Assembly (NCBI GenBank): GCA_051362555.1
Contig: CM120645.1
Coordinates: 9,486,001-9,550,000 of the forward strand
DNA length: 64,000 nucleotides
Direction of reading: 5' to 3'
Origin: Lingula anatina
Lineage: Eukaryota > Animalia > Brachiopoda
This document shows positions 1-14,399 of this stretch, one piece after another. The notes beneath the pieces are model-generated. The model was not told the origin of the DNA and did not search any database. It saw only the letters and a program-made list of their open reading frames with translations. Each line of letters opens with the position of its first letter. The stretch's first letter is position 1. The translations under genes were made by a program, and so were the position numbers.

Positions 1-2550
1 CTAATAATTTGATATCGGCTTTTTTGTAAATGTGCAATTTTGTAATGGATCTTTTCCTTCCAGCTGTTCTCCTGTTCGTTTATTTAATTAATCTCTGATC
101 ATTTAGTCTTTCATCTTATCAGCTGAGTGGATGTGTTCTCCCTGAAGTTTAAACACAAGGAACACAAAACGAAGTGCCATGTTACCCTGTGGGCAGAATG
201 TGTACACAGGAGCAGTCAAATTACACTTACTTTTTTTTCGAAAATTATTTAATGAACGGTCATGTATTATCAGATACTTGTTCTGAAAATGAGGCCAGGT
301 CAGTAGTTGATATGTATATTTATTGAGACGAAGTGAAGTGAAAGGTTTTATGTATTTAAAGTGAAATTTTCAGTAGTGTCTGGGCAAAGAAATATTATCA
401 AAAATTTTTGTGGGTGGGTGGGTGGGATTCGACTACTAGTTTTGATTGTCTTTCAGTGTAATTTGGAAGCATCAGCAGAAATGTTTGAGGTTACTTTTAA
501 AATGACATTCAAATGGGAATTTTAATCACCAGCAAGATTTTAATGTATAATATTAACAAGACAAACTGGTAGAGCTTTTAATATAAATTATTATGTGCAC
601 ACTTTTAGTTACTTTGTTTTAGATTAGTCAAGGCATTTTACTGTTAGAAACAGTCCACACTTCTGTTACCAACTTGTAGGTTATGAAGCACGAGTTCAAA
701 ATACAGGTAGTTCTGTTTCTGTAGAGTATGTAGATTTATTTGAGTTTGACAGGTTCCTTCTAAAGCTAAATGCAAAATTTAAGTCCGGTCTCCTAACCTT
801 GTGTATATGCTCATCAACTGTGCAAGGTCTGGTAAAAGTTGAAGTTAAAAAGATAAAAATCTGTTGAGTCGAAAAGCAGAAGTTGATAAGCATGTATTCA
901 CAATTTCATTATGGATGCACAAGGTTAGTTCTAGTTAGTTCTGTCTTAAAATACTCATTATTAAAACATAAGTTTCCATCTTTTGTGAACCAGTTTTCAA
1001 TTTTAAACATAGGATGTGGTGGTTTTGTTTGAAACATTTAACTAACTGGATGGATAATCTAACCTAACATGTCTTGATGTAAATGAATGTGATATTTTTT
1101 GCAAATGTGATGACAGTTTGTGGCATTGCACCAAGGTTTGTAATCTCCAGGGATTTGATGTGTAGGTGGATGTGGGCAAACTGTCACTTTGTAATATCTA
1201 GTTGATCAAACCTAGGTAAAAATATTCAGGCACCTTCAATGCACCTTTTATGTACAATGCCGTAAAACAGGTTTTAAAAATTTACAGACGAAGAATTAAG
1301 TTTTTAAGATCAATATTCTCTTATTGTTCAATTTAAATGTTAATTGTGGATTAAATTCACTACCATTTTACCATACGTACGACCCACCATTTACAATAAT
1401 AATAATAATACAAACAGGTGATATTTACTTGGTTACAAGTTATATGTATTTACAATTGTCTGTAATTCATGGAATTGTTACAATGTATCACATAATTGTT
1501 ACAATGTATCATGTATTTGTTACAATATATCTATATGTATATGGTTTGTGTAGAATTGGCCCTGCTAGCACTGCCAGAGCTTTGTTGATAGGCTGTCTTG
1601 GATTTGAGGTGAAGGCTGTACAATGGGTGGGAATGTCGTCTGCACCAGTCTGAACTCCATATAGAAATAAACTCAAATGTTATACACACATGGTGTTGAT
1701 TTCATGTATAGAATCTTGTTGATTTCCAATAAATTTTGTTTGAAATCGTATTAAATTGAAGTCAAATGATAAATTGAAAAGGATTTGGAAGCCATTTTGA
1801 AAATTTCGCAAATTTAGATAATGAGTGAAAATGCTTATTTGAGATTATGCTTGCAGTCTGATAGAAGTAACTTTGCAATTTAAAATAAAAGGTAGCTTGA
1901 CATATGAACAGTTGTTGCATGTAAAATACAGAGAACTTTGTGGTCTAATAGTAACCTGCACAGCAGGGTTTATTTGTTCCATTTCTAGAAACTGAAAAAA
2001 ATCAGAACTTGGAAACATTTGACATAAATTAAAGCAAAACTGATCGTAATTTTTTTTTTTTTGCAAAAGTTAATATGAGATAACAATTATGATATCTTTC
2101 CTAAGAGTAATCTGAATGCAGATCTGCGGTATAAAATGGCCACAAATTTGCCATCTATTTTAGTTCTATATTGTGGATTTGCTGAAGCAAATACAAAGCT
2201 TTCAAAAGTGAGTTTTGCCTGGTGCACTACTCAAGAGCCACCTATAGAAGGCACTTGACACTGATTTCAAGGAAAATTTGCCAGAAGAGTACACTGACCA
2301 TTTTACAGCATTGTTCCCTGATGTAAGTGTAACTTGTTCCCAGAATCTGACACTTGGTAAAGGAACCTAGAGTAGCCACAATTACAATGCATTGAAAATT
2401 GGGGTATCTGCATTATGTGTTTCTGTCAGTTTTGCAACACCTGGCACTCAATCCATGTTACGCGTTTCTCTGCCATTACTTTATCTGAACCCATGCCCAA
2501 TTTTTAACCTTCAGGCAGCGAATCATGCCTTTGTCTGATTGTAGACATAA

Positions 2551-5500
2551 TCAGCAGAAATCCGCTGGCACCTCATCATCATTCCATTGCACAAAAGGAA
2601 TTTGGCGCATGCACTTTTGTGCAGCTTGCCTGAAATAAAGAGTAAACAAAATTATATAAACAGGATTCCATGTTGTCTAAATGTTTTAATGTTAGTGAAG
2701 TGCTGAAAATACATATGTGTATGCTACCTAGCCATAATCCAAACTGGCAATGTGTCACAGACTTTCTACTTTGGCATATTAAGGATGGATGGATGGATGG
2801 ATGTTTGTATGTGTATGTATGTATATCGGTGTGTGTGTGTGTGAAAGCATACTCACTTGCTGATGCCTTTGCAGTACAACAGCAACAACATCTTCATCTT
2901 CTTGCAGCCTTTCCTTAAATACCTCAGAGCCTTGTCTCTGAAAGAGCACACATACATATATGTATGGATAAACTCTCATGGATAAATGGCACATAAATGA
3001 AATATGCTGGTAGTGTCATATCAATTACACACAAGAACAGTTTTAATTTCACAAAGAGTTCACCAATCAATCACAATGAAACTTTGAATTTTAAAACAGA
3101 GTAAGGTTATGAAGTAAACAGTTATCTATGGGGGACAGGGGGCTATAAAATATAGCCTGTGCTATGTCTTGACTTCTTGAAATGATAGCAAATATTGTAA
3201 ATGTACAGTTGTGCCATCATGCTGCACCTGACTACCTGTGGTGATACAGGTAAATCTGAACAAGGACATTACTGAACTCATGGGGGAGAAAAGGGGGGAG
3301 GGGGTACGTGTATTTAAAAAAGTTGCTCCCTTACGTGATGAGCACACATCCCGAGAGGTCCAGGTTGGTCATGTAGTGGCACACCCCTGACAGGTACTGG
3401 ATACTCAGGTCTGTTAGCTGGAATGATAATGAAATAGTACAGCTGGATAAAGTCATGACATTGGTGCAGTAATAACATCAAAGAATGTATGCTATAGTAA
3501 TTACTCCAAATTTCCGAGTGCCTCACCTATTCCTATAATACTCAGTTAATACTCATAAATGTACACTTTTCAACTTGAAGCCAGATTAATAGAAATTTTC
3601 ATAAATATTGAACCGGAAACTTTACACATTACTAATAAATACACTGTTTAAGGAAATTTTATTTATCCACTTTGTTCAAAGTTAATGACCATTTACCATA
3701 CAGTCATGTAATAGAGACAAATTACAGTCAGTGAGGCACATATGATGTGAGTGTAAAGTACTACTAGAGAGGACATCACATACACCCCTGTAAATGGCTT
3801 GTAGTGTGTGCTGTACTACATACCAGTTTACACCCGGCCAGATTGAGAACTGTCAGCATCCTACAGCAAAAGGCCAGGTTCTTGATGGCAGCGTCAGTGA
3901 CCAGCTGACAGAAGGAGAGGTCCAGCCTCTCCACATCTTTACACTGCTGGGAGAACTTCTGTAGTCCTAGATCACTGATACCGTTACAGTCAGAGAGACA
4001 GACGTCCCGGAAACGGGGGTTGTTACCCAAGGCTGACAAACCCTGAAATGAATTACAAATTACATCATCTGTTTATCTATTTACAAAATGCAATTATTTC
4101 AAAATCATTTGAATGTTCAGATTTATATATTTGTGAGAGAATGAATGAGATTTGTTTTAATGCTAAGCAAATTCTCAAGCCTGTGGTCCTCCACGATAAG
4201 ATATATATGTCAGTCAGATTTAGAGATATTACATAAACGGTTTATAATATGGCTCACACATGAGATAAAGCAACTTAAATACCAAAAAATATATATATAT
4301 ATTTGGTCTGCACAGCGACAACCAGAGATATCTAAACACACCAAACTGATTGTCTGTCCCAGTAGTAGTAGTACTAAGTAGTACAGATATATTACCCAGG
4401 GGCGTAACCAGACCATTTAAAATTGTACGCACAGATTTTGAAAATTCCCAGGTACGATAATATTCCGTGAAAAATACACTGAATTTATGGAGAATAATAT
4501 CATGGTTGGCTCAAAAAATTGTACGCACAGTGCATCCGTGCGTATGCCTGGTTACGCCCCTGATTACCTGATCTGCACAGTGACAACCAGAGATATCTAA
4601 ACACACCAAACTGATTGTCTGTCCCAGTAGTAGTAGTACTAAGTAGTACAGATATATTACCTGATCTGCACAGTGACAACCAGAGATATCTAAACACACC
4701 AGACTGGTTGTCTGTCCCAGTAGCTCTATCCCGGCCTCACTGATATGTTCACAGAAACACACACTAAGGTAGGTCAGGCTCATGCACCTGAAATAACAGA
4801 GATCAAGGTTAATTATAAAAAGAATGTCCCCTCCACAGAAAAAAGTTCATATTTGTCTTTTATTTTGCTTAGAATATTAATGCTTGTTAATGTGCATGTA
4901 AATCAGGCCCAACTAAGTACTGTATCTACACAATCTAGTTATAAATACACTACTCATTTTTTCAAGTGCTCTCATTTTGCCCATAAATCCCTTTATTTGT
5001 GTTGTTGCCCTCTTGATAAGCAGACACTGTATTTGTAAAGCATTAATATTGAAAACTTTGTGCCTGTGCTTTTGCGTGTTTTTACCCACCTCTTATGGAT
5101 ATGGACCAAGGCTATATCTCCCACCCTGATACAGTTTGTAAGATTGAGCTCTTTCAGTTTGGGTCCACAGGACGACTCTACTATACTCTTCACTCCATTG
5201 TCACTAATCCTGAAGGACAGGAGAAAAAAAATGAACAATAATAGATATTCCCATACCTGCCTGGTACATTTTCCATGGGGTCTCAAATGAGAATTTTAAC
5301 AATTAGTTGATTCAAGATTGAAAAATGAATCATTTGGATATATCAAAAATATTAGTGGTCTATTAAAATATGCCAAGTATCAAATTACCAATATATCAGG
5401 TATGTCATTTATCCCTTTAATGAAACCCTATATTGCTCAGATCCAATGGGAAGGGAGGGGGTTAATTACCAGAATGAAAATTAATTATTCAACATTGTAT

Positions 5501-8500
5501 TACTCAGGATAGAGGAAATATAAATATTCCTGCATCTACCTGACACAGTCCGCCAGGTTGAGCACAGTGAGGTTTTTACATGAAGACAGAGACTTGAGGG
5601 TCATATCTGTGATCTTCTGACAATCTGTTAAGTACAGGTGGTACAGATCTGGACACATACGGCCAATCATCTTGAAGGAGACATCTGTGATCTTTTGATT
5701 GGCTGAAAACATGGAAGTTGAAAAGCATTGGATGTTTATATTCAATCCTGCAACTCACAGAGTAACCATTTTTTCTAATTATTATTTTAAAAAACACTAC
5801 ATTATTTCTTGCATTAACAGACTTATCTCATTGAGGAATTGAAGAGAAAAATATCATAACTTTACAAAATGATTACAAAAACGTTTGTTAGATTGAACTA
5901 AGAGGTTTTTAATTAAGCAGACTAATTTTAAATGAAAATTGCCTAAAAAATTGTACCTTATTGATAAATTTTCGCACTGGGAATTAACAAGTAAGGCATT
6001 CTGTTTGTACTTACAGTCAATCTTCAGCATCCTCAGTTTCCTGGTGGCGGCCACTTTCTTCAGAGACTCATCTGAGATGTACGGAGAACCCAGAACAGAT
6101 ACATAGGTTAGGTTTTTACATGTCTCGGTGAGTGCCTGAAAAGCAACCAGAACATTATCATTTATCTTTTTATAAAGAAACCAAATATCATTTATTGTTT
6201 ACTGATTAATGAAAAAGTTAACATCAGGATAACTAATACAAAGCATTATTCTTTTAAATTAAATTTTCGATTATTTCTTTTCTTCCTCCATGTTCCACTT
6301 ACGATAATCCTGTCATCACTGAGGTTCTGGAACTCGTTCAGAATTACGGAACGGAGAGAGGTGCAGCCAGTGGCCAGATTCTCAAACCCTATCACTGAGA
6401 TCTGGAATCACAATTTTTTGAGAAACAAAAAATGAAGATACTAGTACTTTGAATATCTCCCAAATGCCAGGCATGTAAACCATTAATCATTATCTGTTAA
6501 AGTTGATGTATGTCAGCTTATATTGACCTTTGTCAGTTTATGTTGACCTTTGTCAGCTAACATAGTGACTTTTGACACTTCATGTTGACACTTTCAAAAA
6601 TGACTTTTGTCAGTTAACATTGACCATGGACAATTTCTGTTGACCTTCGTCAGTAAATGTTGACCTCCATCAGTTAATGTTGACCTTATTTAATAACCAA
6701 TTTACCTGTGTACACCCAGACATGTCCAGCCACTGGAGTTTGGCTCCACCTTTCCCCATAGCCAGGTACTGGAGACCTTTGTCTGTGAACCTCTTACAGA
6801 AGGCCAGGCTCAGATATTGTAAGTTTTCCATTGATCTAGAAATAAAAAGTACATTTTGTTTACTGTTTTTTTAGTAAATAATGGAAATGTCTGGAAGGAA
6901 TATCAGCCTGAAATGCTGTTTTCTATGTTGTGGTTTAGATGATACGTAGTGAAGCTCCTGCAAAGTGTAGTTTCATATATCATGACATCTACATGTATCT
7001 TATTAAAATATCAAAATGGTGTAACAGCAGTTCATTTTTTTTTACATTTGTAACTATATATACATATATGTTTATTACTGAAAACTTCCCAGTCTTTACC
7101 CATGTACTCATATACAGTCTGCAGTCTACCTACAGCAACAAAAACTTCAATCATCATAGACAACAACTTAATATCAAATGTATAAGTAGCTATAAAACAA
7201 ACTCACTTTGATATCAGCCTGAGGGTGGCATCTGTGATATTGGTATGAGATATGTTGAGATAGAGAAGGATGGTGCAGCCCTCACACACCAACTTCATGC
7301 TACTGTCCTGTAACACAGAGAAATGGAAAATATTGGTATGAGATATGTTGAGATAGAGAAGAATAGTTCAACCCTCACATACCAACTTCATGCTACTGTC
7401 CTGTAACACAGAAAAATGGAAAATTCTATAGAAAGTGGGAGGAAATGGTTTAAAAATCCTAACAACTCTGTACATAAACCAGGTTTATTTCTTTAAACTG
7501 GACACCTGCATTAGCAGCAAATAATCAAATGACTGATTTCATCAAATCAAATTCTAATCTATCTTTTGTTAGCCTGACCAGAGTTTCAGCCCCACAGATG
7601 ACATACAGCAATAGTTTCTTCTTTGACTTTGGATACCAAATTTAATTTGTACAAAGACAACTGCCAACCCCATCCAGTAACAATACTCACATTAACAGCG
7701 GAACACTCGGACAAGTTCAGATCCTGCAAGTTCCGGCACTCGCTAATGGTCACAAATGCCGCCCTGCTCAGACGCAGACAACCACGAAGGTTTAAGTGGA
7801 CAATGTATGGACGGCATTTGGTCAGGAGGGTCTTGACCACATGGTCTGTGACACTGGAAATAGCACAGTTTGGCCATTTAAGGAGTGATCACAGTGTTTG
7901 TAATAACCTCTAACTAAAAACTAAGAAATAAATTTTAATTCAAACAAATATATATAGTATTTAAATAAAATTAAATTTAGTATGTCTCAGTCTTTGTAAT
8001 CATATGCTTTTTTTTTTCTATAAAATTTTCACAGGATATAGATTTCTCTGAATTCATTCAATATCTATCAAAGTTTTAATAAACATATATAATTAGCCAG
8101 AAACAGAAATATTCCTTCAAGAAAAAACACCTCACATGACACAAAGAACATCTCTGAGTTAATTACTTCATCATAAAGGAAAGTTCTAAACAAGAAATTC
8201 AAGAAAATAACCACAAATGTAACACCATTCAAAAACAAAAATGCTCTTCATATTCTTTTCAAATTTTCAAACCAAACTGATTAAAATTTATGAATGTATA
8301 ATATATGTAAGTCATCAGGTAATGGTAAAATCAAAGTTACCAAAAAACTAGTTTCATGACTTTCCCATTATTTTACTATTTTCAAACCATGCAGTATTTT
8401 TCTAAAATTTTAAAATTTATGTCATATTAAAAAAATATATAAAAAAGCAAAAACTTAGGTTAGTTCCATTTTGAAATATCCAAAACCAATTAATAGAATT

Positions 8501-11500
8501 TTTTCCTAATTAGTTTTCAGTTACAATTCCCACAGTAAATAGATACCAGTATTTCTAAGTTAGCTTTTAGTTTTATATCTCATAATAAATAGATTTTTCT
8601 AAATTAGCTCTTAGTTATATATCCCATAATAAAAAGATATTTCTAAATTAACTCTCAATTACACAGTTATAGATCCCATAACCATGTTGGAACATATAAA
8701 GTCTTCCTATGTCTAAGCACCCAGTTATCAAGTAAAAGTACATGTATAAAGTAGATTATAAAGAAAGATGTCATCCTCTACAAACAAACCAATCTATACA
8801 TACAGCCCTGTCTTGGGTTTTAGGTTTCTCTTATCTCTGCCAGGGGTAAAACAAAATTGCATTGATCACAACCACATGCATACATGCACTAGTATCTGTA
8901 TACTGTACATTATGTTTATATATATAGTATGTACTGTATGGGCTCATTTTTAATGAAATTGTCACTCTACTTAGACTGCATTCCCACAGATTTTAGATCG
9001 ATCTATCCCTGTGGGGAGTCTCACTAGATTACTGTCAGCTTAGCCCACTTAGTCCCGCCTACTAAAAGCTGTAAGGGGGTAATTAACTTCTGTGCACGCT
9101 CGACTGACAGCAATTTAGCGTGAACCCCTATGGAGTTAGGTCAATCCAGATGGATCGATCAAAATCTGTGGGAATGCAGTCTTAGATCAATCCAACTCCA
9201 TGGGGACTCTCTGAATGCAATCATATTAACAGATTAACACTTCTCAATCCTCCTGTCACAAAGACAAATACAGACAAGCTGCTGATTATATACAATTACT
9301 TTACAAACAAGATAAGGTGTGTTAATCTGTTAATCGGATTGCATTCAGCAAGAGTCCCCAGGTCGTAAAACTGATCTACGTAGAAAGATACTTTCATTGG
9401 AAATGAACACAAAGCATCATTCTGAGTTTCAGAGATGACAGGACACATTTTCCTCCATTAAGAGCATGAAATGGGTTTATTGTGTCCACTGCTGATAATG
9501 GAGGGAAGATTTCTGCAATCTGTGCAACTCAGGGTGCTTAGTCTTATATCATTTGCATAAAATAATCCAATTATTTGCCAATTTAACATTTCCCACAGAG
9601 AGATAAAAACTGTTTTTCACATTACTTTGAAAACACAAAGCAAATTTTGAAATGATTCATCTTTTTTGTTGTTGTTAAAATGTTTTACTTTCTTTGGCAA
9701 AAAAAAAATTAATAAATAAATAAATAAATAAATAAAATTAAATCAGTTTCTGAAAGAGATGCATTGAGTATGCATAATTACATATAGTCCTCTATTCTTC
9801 TTATAGTTATTAACTTTGAAATGAGGAAATCAACTTTATAAGAAGCTCAGGGTTAATCACAACTGTGAGTTATAATTAGTGGTTAAAGAATCAGTGCAGA
9901 TAAAAAAAAATCCTATACAGCATACATACAGTGCAGTAGATATGTTTGTTAAAATAGTAAAACACAGTGAACATAATCTAAGTAATGGCATAGACCTGAC
10001 CAAAGCTGTAATACAGATGTGTAGATGCACAAAAATGTGAACTATACAAGATTCATCACAGGATGTATCATGATAAATTTGGTTATTTAAAGAAAAATAT
10101 TCTTTTTCCTTTTTAAAAGACTTAGTTTGAATATTTTTCATAAAATATTTCCCCCTCAAAAAAAAAAGGCACTTTGTATACATCAAAGTCTGTTTGACCA
10201 TAGATTCTACAGATCTGGTTTGGTCGTACCATTATCAAAAAGTGAGTGTTCAGTTACCCTGTAGATAACCTAAGTGACAATAATAACGTGTCACAGGTGA
10301 AATGTCACAGGCGAGTGTCACAGGTGAAATGTCACAGGCGAGTGTCACAGGTAAAGTGTCACAGGTGAAATGATGCAGATTCAGCACATCAGATGGAAAA
10401 GGAAAAATGAACAAAAAATACAAAATTAACTTTAATGTGAGAGATGTGATATGAGAGATTAGTAGATGACAGTTTAACCACCTGAAGTATAGTTTAATTT
10501 GTATGGCAAAAGCTTAGCCTGGTTCTTCATTTTCACATTTTCATGTATGCCCACTTGTACAATAAGTGTGCAACCATGGAGATTTGAAAATGAAGCAGCT
10601 GGCATCCATGGCAACAGTTGCTAACTAAAGAGTATAATCACTCCATTAGTAGCTGAAATGGCCAACTCTAGAATTCAGTTTTAAAAAGAAAGGCACAGTT
10701 TAAGTTGTCATCTGTAACCCATCCCTCTCACATCAACATAACAAATTATATCTACAACTACTTGAGAAATGTGAAAAATAATCAAATAACAGTTGAAAAA
10801 ATATAGTGAGTTATCTTGAACAAGTAACAATTAAGACTTAGTAAATAACAGTGTAATTATAATGGCATGGTAACTCTAAGCAGTTGAATGTTTTGAAAGA
10901 CAAAAGACTGGCACAAGTGTACCGAGTGTGAATAAAAAATTGTGGAAATAATGTCAATAAAATAATGATAGACTTGTACAGCAAGTACTGCCTTTAAAAA
11001 CTGAAATTAAACTGCAAATTAAAATTCTGAAATTATGTAGCATTTACAGAGAGAGGCCTTGAGTTATCTGGGGTATACATACCTTCCTCGAACAATTGAC
11101 AAATCTAACTGTAAAAAGAAAAATGATAAAAATCAATGGATACCATCTCAAACTTATTAGGCATCACTTACAATTTGAAATTCATTGTGATTTTCAGCCA
11201 ATGTGTTCATACCAGTGTCCCTCTAAGCTTAAGAATTCTGGGTCCACAAGAAATGTAGTATAAAAAATTTACTTCAAAAACCTCCCCTCACTCTCCTCTT
11301 TACTGTCAAATCTCTTACCCTGGTCCACAAGCTATGAGACTGTGTGAGAATCTTCCAGGAGCGGCACACCTGAGCACACCTGGCCAGGTCATCTATGTCC
11401 ACATAACTGAAGATCTGAAAAAGAGAGGCACAGGCTACTGGTCAGTTCTGTATTAAAATACACTCCATGAACAACAACAACAACAAATAAAAAAATAAGC

Positions 11501-14356
11501 CAGGATGTATAAGGCAATTATACTTTAGAATTCCGAACTGATTACTATCCCCCTCCATGATTTCACCACTAAAGTGAATGTTACCTTTAAAGCCACAGAT
11601 CTGGGCATATTAGCAGAGATATCATCTCTGGCGTCACCCAAACCGCGCCCTGTGGGGTCCTCTTCCTCCATGTTCTCTCCACGTTCTAACCTCTGAAATA
11701 TCACAATTATAATTAAAAGCAAGGAAGAAGATATCAAACTTGTTCTGCAACACAGAGCACATTTTAGTTTTCTTCTCTGTGTATAGGTGGTGCTGTATGC
11801 AACCTCCATTAGGGTACTGACAGCGTAAAGCCTGCTAAAACTCCCGACTATATCACTATACACACTCTACATGTACTCAGCCTACTTGTACTAGCTGTCT
11901 AATGATAATTAGCAAGTCTACATTAAAATTTGATCTCATTACCTATATGCCTAAAATTTTAATTATATTCTGAAGTTCTTAAAACAGTTATACCGAATTG
12001 TTCTATGTTAATTTTTCTTAGTTCAATCATATAATTCACATAAAAAAATTATAAGCAATAACTTTAGGGTTAAACTTTTAATTATGATGTTTGCATGCAT
12101 GTTTTCTATGCAGTCTCAAAATATTCACTTTCAAGCATAATACTTTTTCAACATTAGTATTCAAAACAATGTGTCAAGGTGTTATTTGGGGATGGAGCTG
12201 CATAAAACCAATGATATCTTACTACCAGTAATTCACAGCATCAGAGGGTTGGGTTTAGATGACTCTGGGGTATAAATACAACTCCAAATGTCACTTAGAA
12301 CTCTTGAACAGATGGGATTCAACCGTGTTAGGGCAAGAAACACTGTAGAGTTCATGCTGGGGCATATACATGTAGTACTGATAGAAGGTTGGATATCTAA
12401 GTAATATTGGAGAGGAGAAGTATTTCACTGAACAACTACAGAAAAACACGGAACAATATATATCAGTTTCTGCAGGAGAGTTATATCTTTATATTTCCTA
12501 CTGTTAATAAGTGGAACGTTGGACTGTTTGGGTATATAGTTTTTTATGCAAATATTCTATCATATTAGGGTGAATCAATGATGATATCATGATACATGAC
12601 ATGTGGTAACTGAAATCATAATTTAAAACTTAATTGTTAAACAGGTTGACATGCTTTTAGATAACACTACATACTTAAATCAGATATATGTAAGTTAATA
12701 TTAATTTTACTATGAAACACTTTGTTTATGAAATGTGTTGAAACAATCAAATCATCTCAAATTAACAACAAATTGACAATGACAAAATATATAACAGCCA
12801 CAAAGTTATTCAACTTTCTGATAGTCAAAGTGATGTAAAACTGAATTTCATCAGAAGTGAAAATCAACATAATGAAAAAAATTGTGATTTTAAGTGAATT
12901 TCAATATAAAAGTGACGTAAAACTGAACATGTGGTGACAGTGACCTTGACAGTGACCTTGACCCAATGCATACAGGTCAGGTGACTCATACTGTGAATGT
13001 GACATCAATGTCTACATAACAACGAAAGACTGGATTGCACAAATGATCGATTTGTAATACGGTCCTTGTGATGACTCAATAAGATGATGGATAGACAGGA
13101 GTATAACATACAGTTTGATAATTTGCAAGTTTAGGATTTCTAAAACTTTTATGTCTCTAATTTTGAAGAGGTATTAGTTAAATTTTGGTGTAATACACTT
13201 GTATATAAATATATTTACTTTAAAGTGAGCATGAAATAGTATGAGATACTTTTATTACTCACAAAAAAAGAAAAAAAATGTGTTACTATCTGTATAAATG
13301 ACCTTTAAAAAGCACTAAAATACTATATTACTTCTTTCACCTGTTGAAAACAAGTTGATTTTATAAAATTTATTATCTGTCTCAAAAAATTATTATAGTT
13401 AGTAGTGCTACATGCCAAATGAGGAACAACATCCAAAATCCATGACTGACATGTAAGACAAGAACTGGCAGTTAATATAACATGCACAAGCCAAAGAACA
13501 GCAGAAATACTCAAGCAAACCTTCATCATTTTTAGGCGTTGTTCATCGTGGGTAGAATTTTGGGCATCAAGCATCTAGTAAGCGTCAAATATATAGCAGT
13601 GAGAAGCAAAACATGTGGTCAAGCATAAATAAAAAATGGCATGGATTCCAAACACAGGAACAAGTCAGGTGGTGATGACTTGATGCAGCCAGAGCAAAAA
13701 CAATATTTTTCATTCCACAAATCTGTTTTCAAGGTGATGAACAAATTAAACAATCATTCCCATATGAAGATACTGTAACACAAAGATTTCCATCTTATTT
13801 CAAGATCTTCACCTCATTCTTCTTTTAAAATTAATTCTGTTATGTCTTTCCTTTTTACATATATGTAGATAGTCTTCTAATACTGATTTTGCTTAGGCTC
13901 CATACAGGGTGTATCAATAATAAAGGCATTGTGAAACATGCAACTTCAACCCAGTCAACTGTCTACTGTACCCTTATGTTGATCTTCAATAGAGGACAGA
14001 TCAGGGCAACAGAATGTCACAGAATGGAGATAATGAAAAATAAAACAAAGAGAAACACACATGTTATATAAATCAATATTTCTACTGCACTCCAACAGCA
14101 TGCTATATATATATGAAAATAAATATGTACATTGATTCAACTGAAATTACTAAATGATTTTTAAGATAATAATAATAATAATGATAATAATAATAATAAT
14201 AAATGCTGAAAAAAGCAACAGTGTGGGCTGCAAATGGCTGATAAAGGTAACTTCTATAAATCCAGTAGTTTCATTCAAGGCACAAACTCAATTTCCATAC
14301 TAAATCTTGTTTTCTCGTTCTCCTCTCACTCTCTCTCTCTCTCTCTGTCACCCACA

Positions 14357-14399
<43 letters not shown>

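Noticed and set aside
115-152. Possible terminal exon of an upstream plus-strand gene (cag|CTGAGTGGATGTGTTCTCCCTGAAGTTTAA)
   Set aside because: Too short to support without upstream sequence, and no recognisable motif.
1324-1653. 109-aa ORF
   Set aside because: Low-complexity AT-rich sequence containing a 21-bp tandem repeat (ttgttacaatgtatca). No coding signature.
12935-12965. Tandem TGACCTTGA motifs (SF-1/ERR-like sites)
   Set aside because: A short 12-bp local duplication in an intron, with nothing else to support regulatory function.
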